Below are positions 12,724-24,700 of a stretch of 64,000 bases of DNA, in pieces (positions within the stretch are counted from its first letter, which is position 1; every line of letters begins with the position of its first letter). Source of the stretch: Octopus sinensis (Eukaryota); contig NC_042998.1 of NCBI RefSeq assembly GCF_006345805.1, positions 181,846,001 to 181,910,000 of the forward strand. The letters are read 5' to 3'. The notes below the pieces were generated by a model, which had not been told where the DNA came from, did not search any database, and saw nothing but the letters and a program-made list of their open reading frames with translations. A program made the translations under genes and the position numbers.

Positions 12724-15700
12724 TTAACGTCCGCTTTCCATGCTAGCATGGGTTGGACGGTTCAACTGGGGTCTGGGGAGCCCGAAAGCTGCACCAGTCC
12801 AGTCAGATCTGGCAGTGTTTCTACAGCTGAATGCCCTTCCTAACGCCAACCACTCCGAGAGTGTAGTGGGTGATTTTATGTGCCACCGACACAGGTGCCA
12901 GATGGGGCTGGCAAACGGCCATGCTCGGGTGGTGTTTTTTTATGTGCCACCGACACAGGTGCCAGACGAGGCTGGCAGACGGCCACGCTCGGATGGTGTT
13001 TTTATGTGCCACCGACACAGGTGCCAGACGAGGCTGGCAGACGGCCACGCTCGGATGGTGTTTTTATGTGCCACCGACACAGGTGCCAGACGAGGCTGGC
13101 AGACGGCCACGCTCAGATGGTGTTTTTATGTGCCACCGACACAGGTGCCAGATGAGGCTGGCAAACGGCCACGATCGGATGGTGCTTGTTACGTGCCCAC
13201 AGCACGGAGGCCAGTCGATGCGGTACTGGCTACGGCCACGTTCGGATGGTTTTCTTATGTGCCACGTGCCACCGGCACTGGTACCACAAAGATACAAATT
13301 CCATTGATGTTCATCTATTTTGATTTGTTTTGATTTTCACTTGCCTCAGCAGGTCTTCACAAGTGTCACAAGAAGGAAGGTATGCACAGGTGGACTGACT
13401 ACGTCCCAGGTAGGGGCCATGGGTTATGGCCTGACTAGTCTTGCCGGGTCTTCGGATGGTGTTTTTATGTGCCACCGACACAGGTGCTAGATGAGGCTGG
13501 CGAACGGCCACGATCGGATGGTGTTTGTCATGTGCCCACCGCACTGACTACAGCACTGATGGATTCTTGTGTGCCACAGGCACTGGTACCACAGGATACA
13601 AATTCCATTGATGTTCATCTATTTTGTCTATTTTGATTTGATTTGATTTTCACTTGCCTCAACCGGTCTTCACAAGTGTCACAAGAAGGAAGGTATGCAC
13701 AGGTGGACTGACTAGTCTTGCCGGGTCTTCGGAAGGTGTTTTTATGTGCCACCGACACAGGTGCCAGATGAGGCTGGCGAACGGCCATGATCGGATGGTG
13801 TTTGTTACGTGCCCACAGCACGGAGGCCGGTCGATGCGGAACTGGCTACGGCCACGTTCGGATGGTTCTCTTGTGTGCCACCGGCACTGGTACCACAAAG
13901 TGTGTGCCACCGGCACTGGTACCACAAAGATACAGATTCCATTGATGTTCATCTATTTTGATTTGTTTTGATTTTCACTTGCCTCAACAGGTCTTCACAA
14001 GTGTCACAAGAAGGAAGGCATGCACAGGTGGACTGACTACGTCCCAGGTAGGGGCCATGGGTTATGGCCTGACTAGTCTTGCCGGGTCTTCGGATGGTGT
14101 TTTTATGTGCCACCGACACAGGTGCTAGATGAGGCTGGCGAACGGCCACGATCGGATGGTGTTTGTCATGTGCCCACAGCACGGAGGCCAGTCGATGCGG
14201 TACTGGCTACGGCCACTTTCGGATGGTTTTCTCTTGTGTGCCACCGGCACTGGTACCACAAAGATACAAATTCCATTGATGTTCATCTATTTTGATTTGT
14301 TTTGATTTGATTTGATTTGATTTTCACTTGCCTCAACAGGCCTTCACAAGTATCACAAGGAGGAAGGTATGCACAGGTGGACTGACTACGTCCCAGGTAG
14401 GGGCCATGGTTTATGGCCTGACTAGTCTTGCCGGGTCTTCGGAAGGTGTTTTTATGTGCCACCGACACAGGTGCTAGATGAGGCTGGCGAACGGCCACGA
14501 CCGGATGGTGTTTGTTATGAGCCCACAGCACGATGGCCAGTGATGCGGTACTGACTACGGCCATGTTCGGATGGATTCTTGTGTGCCACCGGCACTGGTA
14601 CCACAAGCGGTACTGACTACGGCCACGTTCGGATGGATTCTTGTGTGCCACCGGCACTGGTACCACAAGGATACAAATTCCATTGATGTTCATCTATTTT
14701 GATTTGTTTTGATTTGATTTGATTTTCACTTGCCTCAGCAGGTCTTCACAAGTGTCACAAGAAGGAAGGTATGTACAGGTGGACTGACTACGTCCCAGGT
14801 AGGGCCCACGGGTTATGACCTGACTAGTCTTGCCGGGTCTTCGGATGGTGTTTTTATGTGCCACCATGTTCCCACAGCACGGAGGCCAGTCGATGCGGTA
14901 CTGGCTACAGCCACGTTCGGATGGTTTTCTTGTGTGCCATAGGCACTGGTACCACAAAGATACAAATTCCATTGATGTTCATCTATTTTGATTGATTTTT
15001 ACTTGCCTCAGCAGGTCTTCACAAGTGTCACAAGAAGGAAGGTATGCACAGGTGGATCGACTACGTCCCAGGTAGGGGCCACGGGATATGGCCTGACTAG
15101 TCCTGCCGGGTCCTCTCATGCACAGCACAGAGGACTGTGCATGAGAGGACCCGGCAGGACTAGTCAGGCCATATCCCGTGGCCCCTACCTGGGACGTAGT
15201 CGATCCACCTGTGCATATATTGACATAATAGAAGAAATTTGACAAATATCTTTTCTTCCTCAAGTGAATCATTATACTTGCAGCATAAATCATCTCACTT
15301 GATATTTCTGGTTTTAATTCATGAACAAATTCTTTTCCATTTGTTTTAGAATATATAATTGTATATAGTGTGTAAAACATGCTGAAACACTGAGACAGTG
15401 ACTATTCCAAATACTTAAGCAGAAAAATCAAAGTTAGTGTGTTTGACAGGCCACAGAGTAGATGGCTACTGCAGGATGAGCAGTTTTTGGAGACCATAAA
15501 CATCAAAGAGATAATATTTAAAGCTAGTGAGTAAACACACCAGATAGAAATAGCAGCCAAATTTGCTTTGAATGACATCTTGCCAGTTAAATAAAAATGG
15601 AAAGATACGTTGCACAATGTAGTCCTGGCAACACAAATAACTGAATGCTCACAACCAGAATGTTTTTGATTATAGATGTTATTACTCGAGGCTAACCTTA

Positions 15701-18700
15701 TAGTTAAATAACAGAAGGCTTATCTTCATTAGTTTTCTTCTATGAAAAATACATGTACATATTACACTAGCAGCTAGTATAACATTTGATAGTGCATAAG
15801 CTTTGTTAATTTACTCTCATAGTCCAGAAATTACATAACCCATATTATACTGCAGTATAATCTTGATAGCTTTGTTTCCTAACTGAATGTTTTATTAAAT
15901 CTCGCTCTAGGTGAATGACAATCTACTTTTTAATAAGAGAGACTAGCAGGAGTGACAATAGATAATCAAAATAGCTACCAAGCTGACAATTCAAGTATAA
16001 TATAATTTTTAAAATAAGTTGTTTGTATTTTGATTTTACCAGCACAGAAATAAAAGAAGTCTAGTAACAATACGTTGTGTGATGAATAATTAACCCTTTC
16101 GTTACCAACCCGGCTGAAACCGGCTCTGGCTCTTTAGTACAAATGCCTGGTTTTCAAAAGTTCTGAATTAAAACCTTCCACGAAACCTTAGTCACAATTT
16201 ATGTCCCTAACTCTAGCTTAATGATAACGATGTTATTTTACTTAATTCTTTGTTATATTTAACATAATTGGAAGAAACACTGAGCATCTCAAAATAAATT
16301 CAGTAACGAAAGGGTTAAGGAAAATATGCTAGCTTGTTTCTGCTTATCAAAACTAATTTTGTGTTGGAAAATGACACAGAACAAGTTTACAAACTAAATA
16401 TAACATTTGTGAAATTCAATAGCAATGTTTTCTATCAATGTTCCTGGCATGAAATCACCATTTGTTCTAACACCAAGTTTGTAAACTTACATTTCTATGG
16501 CTTGATTTATCTATTTAGTCCTTCTTATTACCTTTACGTTAGCCATTATTTATTGCCAACTACCAACCAGGTGTCATTCAAAATGCACCATTAAGTATCT
16601 ACACTAGCACAGAGATTCATATCACATGGGAGAAAAAAGAATGACATTTTGGTACTAACCTTTCATTCAAAAAATAATTTTCAACCAAAAAAATCTTTTC
16701 TCTCAAATGAAGAGTCAGTCCTGAAGGAAACCTCTACTCCTCATGTCATATAAATTTATCCAAACTCATGAGTTTTGTTGGTGTAATTTTTACTGATACA
16801 GACCACTACCAGTTTCTTTAGAGGTTTTCTTTTCTTTATTTACTAGCAAAGGTGCAGACAGTACTGTGTAATTAAGAAGCTCGCTTTACAACCACATAGT
16901 TTCAGGTTCAGTCAAACTGTACCCTAAGTGTCTTCTACTATAGCTCTAGTCCTACCAATGCCATGTAAGTAAATTTGGTAGACAGATAATGTATGGAAGT
17001 CCATTGTGTATTTGTATGTGTGTAAGGAATTTCATTATGGCAACAGAGTGATTTTAAAAAGGTATGTAAAAGATAATTTATTTTAATAGCATGCTTTTCT
17101 GTTGATATATGTTTCTTTCTTACACACATACAGACACACTTGGTGCAAGGTGAGGGTTAAAAATTTAAATTACAAAATTTTTTTTGCCGTTGATACTTAA
17201 ATCCTTGCAAACAATGAAACAAGCTGACCAGCCCTAACACTTACACATGAACAATACAATTTGTGCTTATTCAGAGAGTAAGCTGTAGATAGACGAAAAC
17301 TGACTGTAGATTTGAAATCAGCATGCCAATTTTAGTCTAAATCAAGTGAAAAAGCAAACTCAACAGAAACCATATTCAAAATTACTGCCCTGTGTTATCA
17401 ACACAAGGAAGGATGAAAGGCAAAGGTGACCACAGAGCAATTTGAACTAAGAAAATAAAGAGCCAGAACAAATGCTGCACGGCATTTTATTCAATGCTCT
17501 AACAATTCTGCCAACCACCCAATCTGATTTCGCAAAGCTATTTATCTAACTAGATACTAATTAAAATGATTTGACATGAACTAAACACCTGTAACATATG
17601 CTCCAAAAATATACAGAAGTAAAGGTTAATCTTGAAACAATTATAAATAATAGATTGTATTGGGTTTCAACAAAATGTGTATAGAAAGCTGTAGTTAAAA
17701 AAAAATTCAGTCTAATTTCAAATCAAAGTCTTTTTGAGTAGCAATGAAAGAACAATACTTAAATGGATACTATTACAATATTATTTGATTGTTATGCAGG
17801 GTACAGCAACTAAGTCGATAAGACATTGGATATCTTGTTCACACCACATGAGTCTATGTTCTGCTACAAGATGTTGCATTGTGTTCGAGGCAAAAACACA
17901 ATCTTATTTGCTTAACAAATTATTATATAATTGCTACGTGAATTCAACTCAATCCTAAGTAATTCAGCACAAAAATTATGCAATTAAAATATAAAGAAAT
18001 AAATGAAATTTAGAGCTTATCATTTTGAAGTAAATAAAATGATATACTATCACAAGTGGTTATTTAATACAAGCATATAAACAATTATTTTATGTATATA
18101 TATATATATATTTTGCTTCTAATCAAAACATATAGAGAATTTTAAGCAGATTTTACTTAGTGCTTAAAATACTATAAAAGATTTAGAATACATATATATC
18201 TAGAGACTATTGGCTGTCACCGACTTTTTACTCATTTTTCATTTAGAAAAATTCCATTAATTATTATACTAGTTCTTAAAATATAAAACTGTCTTCCGGC
18301 CTCAAAATCACATTACTTCTAAAAATATCATTTAAGAAGTGTATGTATACATGTGTGTGCATAAAGGAAAAGTTTAGCTTACAAAAACAAAACTACGACT
18401 GGGTTTTTAGCATACAAATTTTGTAACTAGCAAATTAAAATTGATAAAAGATGAAAATTTTCTACCATTTGCCAGCTGCTGGTTACCACCACTCTTCATC
18501 ATCTTCCATTTTATATGTTCATAACAGCCAAAATACATAGCATGGGCTGGACCAGCACCACCAACAACTGCACTTATTCCCCGGACTGTATTTCGGAAGC
18601 CTTCTAAGTGTAACATTTTGTACAAGCCATCGACGACACCTTTGTATCGAGCTTGTGGATCAGGCCTTAATGCTTGCATTCTTGTCTAGAAAAGAGAAAA

Positions 18701-21700
18701 AAAAAAGGCAATTTTATTCATTTGACTTCATCAGAAATTGAAAGATTAAATAAATTGCTAAAATTATATATAAAGAATATATTTGTTACTATTCAAGTCA
18801 GCTAACAAATTTTGAATTGAAGGAAAATAACTGTTTATAATACATACATTTTCTAGCAAGTAAAATATATATTATATATAAACATCAAATAGTAGGGATC
18901 TCAACAGCCATCGCAATTAACTCAGTAGCATTCCAGCATTAATTGACTAACAGGAGGAATACCAATGATATTCTCAATCTATCAACCAGTTAGCAGAAAA
19001 TGCAATGCAATATTAATTAATTAGATGATATTAAGTACTTCATAAATCCAACGTATGTAGCAACAAACAAAAACATTTAACATGATGTAAATATAATGGT
19101 TTCAAATTTTGTCACAAGGCCAGCAATTTCGGGAAAGGAGTAAGTTGATTAAATTGACCCCCAAAAGGATGAAAGGCATAGTTGACCTCAATGGAATTTG
19201 AACTCAGAATGTAAAGAGCAATAAAATACTGCTAAACATTTTGCCTAGTGTGCTAACGATTCTGCCAGCTTGAAGCCTTACATGGTATAAATATAATAAA
19301 AGAATATAAATAATGTGGACATTTTTTAAACAAAATCTACGCCCTATATATTTTATTTTATTATTGTAAACAAACAGTTATTTAATGCAGACATAAACAA
19401 TTGCTTTATACTTAATATGTTCTGCTTTATATTAAAATATCAAATTAAAATTACTAATTTACAGAAGAAAAGTTAAATAAAACTTAATCCAGAGCCATTT
19501 CAGTTACTTCTAGTATTATTAAAACACATAGCTGTGCAAGTAGCAAACTACCATTTATGACCAGTGTTAAGTGATTTAAAATCTGAAGGACACTCAACTA
19601 TTACAGTCATCGTTTAACATCCTCTTTCCAAGCTAGCATGAGTTGGACGATTTGACAGAGGACTGGTGGACCAGATGGCTGCACCAAGCTCCAATCTGAT
19701 CTGGCAGTTTCTACAGCTGGACGCCCTTCCTAATGCCAACCACTCTGAGAGTGTAGTGGGTGCTTTTACATGCCACCGACACGAGGGCCAGTCAGGTGGC
19801 ACTGACAACGGCCGCGCTCATATGCTGTTTTTTACATGCCACCTGTCCAGCGGCACTGACAACGACCTCTCTCAAATGTTTTTTCACGTGCCACTAAGGC
19901 AATGCTGGTGATGATCATGCTCGAATTTTTACATGCCACTGACATGGGAGCCAGTTACATGCTGTGGCAACAATCACGCTCAGATGGTGCTCTTAGCGCT
20001 CCACTAGCAAAGATGCCAGTCATCAAATTTGATTTCGATTTCGCTTGCCTGAACAGGTCTTCGCAAGCAGAGTTTAGTGTCCAATGAAGGAAAGGTATGC
20101 ATAAGTGGGCTGGTTACACCCCTGGCATAAGCCACAAGGTTATGGTCTCACTTGGTTTGCCAGGTCTTCTCAAGCACAGCATATTTCCAAAGGTCTCGCT
20201 CACTAGTCATTGCCTCGGTGAGGCCTAATGTTCGAAGGTCGTGCTTCAGCACTTCATCCCAGGTTAACCTCTTCCACAAGTTCCTTCAACTGCTATTTCA
20301 CACAGCTATCATCATCCATTCTCACCACATGACCATACCAGTGCAGTCGTCTCTCGTGCACACCACATCTGATGCTTCTTAGGTCCAACTTTTCTCTCAA
20401 GATACTTATATTCTGTTGAGTATGCACACTGACATTACACATCCATCGGAGCATACTGCCTTCATTCCTTGCGAGCTTACGCATGTCCTCAGCAGTCACA
20501 GCCCATGTTTCACTGCCATGTAGTATGGCTGTTCGTACATATGCGTCATACAGTCTAGCTTTTACTCTGAGTGAGAGGCTCTTTGTCACCAGCAGAGGTA
20601 AGAGCTCTCTGAACTTTTCCCAGGCTATTCTGATTCTAGCAGCTACACTCCCCAGCTACTGACTTGGTCCCCTAGGTAACGGAAGCTATCAACTATTTCT
20701 AGTTTTTCTCCCCAGAATGTGGCAGAAGTTGTTTTCTGCACACTTTCAGTATTTATTACTCCTGAGCATCTGCCACACACAAAAACTATCTTCCCACTTA
20801 GCCTTCCTTTGATATTGCTGCAGCTCTTATGTGTCCATAGCTTACACTGGGTACATCTTATAGAGTTTTTACCTATGCCTTTTCTACAGATCGAGCAGGG
20901 CCATCTACTTGAAGGGATTTGTGGTTTGCCTGCCTTCCTACTTATTAGGACTTTGGTTTCAGCTAGGTTGACTCTAAAGCCATTCGATTCTAATCCTTGT
21001 TTCCACACTTGATACTTCTCGTCTAGTTCTGATAGTGACTCAGCAATTAGAGCAAGGTCATCAGCATAGAGGAGCTCCCAGGGGCATCCTGTCTTGAATT
21101 CCTCTGTTATTGCCTGGAGGACTAAAACTTGGACCCCTACCTCTACCCGGAATTCTTCACTTTACTCATTGCCAACCCTCACCTTACTGACAGCTTCCCT
21201 GTACATGGCTTGCACAGCTCTCACTAACCATTCATCTATCCCTAGTTTCCTCATTGACCACCAGATAAGGGATGAAGGGACCCTGTCAAGGTTTTTCTCC
21301 ATGTCAACGAAAGCCAGGTACAAAATTATTAAAACCTAAAATTCATATGTTTGTTTCTTCTCGAGCCATGCCTAGCTCATTAAGGCTGGTTTCCCGGTTT
21401 CCTTGGTGTATAGGTTCCCCACCTGGACGGGATGCCGGTTGTCGCAGGTGAGCTGCAAGATGCAGGAGGAAAGAGTGAGAGAAAGTTGTGACAAAAGAGT
21501 CAACAGAAGTTCATCATTACCTTCTGCCGGAGCTGCATGGAGCTTAGGTGTTTCGCTCAACCCACGATCATGAGTTGTTTTTTTTTTGTTTGTTCCTTCT
21601 CGAGCCATGCCTGGATCATAAGGGCCGGTTTCCCGGTTTCTTGGCGTATAGGTTCCCCACCTGGACGGGACGCTGGTCCGTCGCAGGTGAGCTGCAAGAT

Positions 21701-24700
21701 GCCGGAGGAAAGAGTGAGAGAAAGTCGTGGCGAAAGAGTCAACAGAAGTTCGTCATTACCTTCTGCCGGAGCTGCTTGGAGCTTAGGTATTTCGCTCATA
21801 AACACACAGATCGCCCAGTCTGAGATTCGAACCCATGATCGCGAGTCCGCTGCTCTAACCACTAGACCATGTGACTCCACTAAAATTCATAAACATGCAC
21901 AAATATACAGCTACCTTCTCCAAGTCACATAGCCTAAACAACTAAAGGTTTAAATTACCTACACAAAACTGCTGCATCCTCATGTGTTATATTTGTGAAA
22001 GTAAACATATTTTCAGTTGACATTGTTACCACAACTTGACCTACAATTTAACTGTCAATCCCTGTGAGGGTTTTAAAGCTGTCACATCAAGTCTATTTTA
22101 TTATAGTTTAATCTCTATTGCAGCTTTTAATCGTATAAATATCAAAAGTAGTACATGTCCTGTCACATTTCACACAATACACTGGACACAAGCTCACTTA
22201 GCCAATTTGAATAAAGTTATTTAACAATTGCAGTGAAATATTAGTACAGATGATACACACTTAGGGGTTCTCAAAATAAAGTAAACAAAAAAGTGTGATT
22301 TAATGTACAAAACTAAAACAATATTTTCAAATTACTACATTGCAAAAAGAAGAAAAAAAGATTCAAGTGAGGGGTCTGGTAATTAATTCCTTTAAGAAAT
22401 CTGCTCCCCAACCATGTAGTTTTAGTTTCAGTCCAATTGTGTGGGCCTTCATAGCAGATTCCATATCAGAGCTAGACAAAAAATTTGAGATGGGGAAGCA
22501 AAACCTGGAATCTAAGGGCCTAAAGATTAGTCCTAGTAAGCAAGAAAACTGACAGGATCCTACCTTGCTCAGGTAGGTGGCTCTGTTCAATTTGTAGGAA
22601 AAGTGTGGGTAGGAACTCCATACAGTGTACCCAGTGCAAGCTATGGACACATGGGTTAATTGGAAGGTTATCAGAGAAGATTGTTTCCTTATATGGAAGA
22701 TGCACAGGACCCTTAAAAACTTTAGAGATTTGGGAAATTGATTCTTGAAATGCCCTGGTGGTTCATTAGAAGTAATAGATAATTTCTGCTACCTAAGGGA
22801 CCAAAGGAAGATTATATGATGCATGTATATGGACAGCAATTCAACATAGTAGTGAGATATGGGGCATGAATGCAGAGGATATGCAAAGGTCAGAAAGGAA
22901 TGAGGCTAGTATGGATATGTAATATAAGTGTACAAGTTCAACAGAGTGCTAGTGTTCTGAGAGAAGTTAGGCATAAGAGGAATTTGTTGTGGTATGCAAG
23001 AGAGAAGACAGTGTTTGTTTGAGCATGTGATGCGGATGGATGTCGACAGTTCCATTAAGAAGAGTCAATCTCTCAAAAAGGATGGAACACATGGAGGTGG
23101 GAGACCCAGGAAGACATAGGACGAAGTACTGAAGAACAACCTCAGAAAGCTGAACCTTTCAGATGAGATGACAAAGGACCAAGATACCTGGTGCCTAGTC
23201 ATACTCAAGAAGACTCATACCCCGTGGCAGAAGTTTTAAGACTGACCTTTCTGGATGTGTAAAGCACCCATAGTAGTGTCATATAAAAGTGCTGTTGAGG
23301 CGACAAGTGCTTGTGCAGCAACACATAAAAACGCCCATGTGGTGCCATGCAAAAGCATCCAGCACAGAATGTAAAATTATTGGCATTAGGAAGGGCATCC
23401 AACTGTAGAAACCATGCCAAATCAGACTGGAGTCTGGTGCAGCCCCTTCCCAGCTTGCTAGCTCTGGTCACCCCATCCAACCCATGCTGGCATAGACAAT
23501 GGACATTAAATGATGATAAAGATGATGATGTGTGGTGCCTTAGGCAAGCATCTTTTACTATAGGTTCAGGCTGACTGAAGCATTGTGTGAATTTGGGAGG
23601 TCAGAAACTGAAAGCCGGTCATATGTATGTGTGTCTGTGTCTGTGCCTCCTTGTCTTGACACTGCATGATATGTGTAACGAAATGGTGCCATTCATTTCC
23701 AATCTTCCATGGAAATATGTCCAGTCATGTGGTAACTTCTCTGCTTAGAAAGAAATGAGGGCTGGCAATAGGAAGCATATATCCAGCCACAGAAAATTTG
23801 CTTTAATGAATTACATTTGACACATGCAAGCACGGAAAGGTGGGCATTAAAACAATGATGATGATGATGGTGGTGGTATGTTTATTACTCAGATCTAAAT
23901 ACTATCTCCACCAAATAGTCCTTTACAAGTGCAGATGTAGGTATGTGGTTAAGAAGTTTGCTTCACAACCAAAATAAATAGTTCTGGCTTCAATCTCTCT
24001 CTCACACACACACACACACACAAAATCAATATTGACTAGAACTTCCAAGTTACACCTGACAGCTTATTCAACTAGTCTCTTTGAATAAGCTGTTGGTTAT
24101 AATTTGAAATCCCAGTCACTCCTACCTTCATAAATCTGATTTTCCTGTTAATACTGGAATTCCCATCATCAATAAATATTGTTAGTCTTAAAATTTCTTT
24201 AACCTCACAAAGCGAAAATTAAATATATTTTTTTTAATGTTCACTTTCTTGCTAACATGGGTTGAACAGCTTATCATAATCCAAGTCAATACATATGTGG
24301 AGTTCTTAGGGTGGATGAACTCAAGGCAAAGTCGACCTCGGCGGAATTTGAACTCAGAACGTAACAGCAGACGAAATACAGCTATGCATTTCACGTTAGC
24401 ACGCCAGGCAAAATGCATAGCAGTATTTCGTCTGCTGTTACGTTCTGAGTTCAAATTCCACCGAGGTCAACTTTGCCTTTCATCCTTTCGGGGTTGATAA
24501 ATTAAGTACCAGTTACGCACTGGAGTCGATGTAATCGACTTAATCCGTTTGCCTGTCCTTGTTTGTCCCCTCTGCGTTTAGCCCCTTGTGGGTAGTAAAG
24601 AAATACATATTTTATTTTTATATAGTTTTTCTACAGATGGATGTACTTCCCATCAACAACCACTTTACAGGATGTATTAGATGTATTTTGTTACAACACC

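Noticed and set aside
12878-13190. CRISPR-like array
   Set aside because: Contiguous 60-bp monomers with no unique spacers, in eukaryotic context and part of an RTE 3' UTR.
13480-13520. Hammerhead-like string (CT/CC)AGATGAG...CGAAC in the 60-bp monomers
   Set aside because: The core is not CTGANGA, there is no GAAA, and stems I and III cannot be formed.
12680-15235. Target-site duplication around the RTE concatemer
   Set aside because: The best match (atataat vs acataat) is too short and imperfect in AT-rich flanks.
12740-15380. Many long overlapping ORFs (up to 197 aa)
   Set aside because: By-products of a GC-rich tandem repeat whose unit is a multiple of 3. Translations are repetitive and open on both strands.
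21800-21880. Genuine tRNA genes (also the SINE A and B heads)
   Set aside because: A and B boxes are present, but there is no complete cloverleaf or acceptor stem and each runs into a SINE body.
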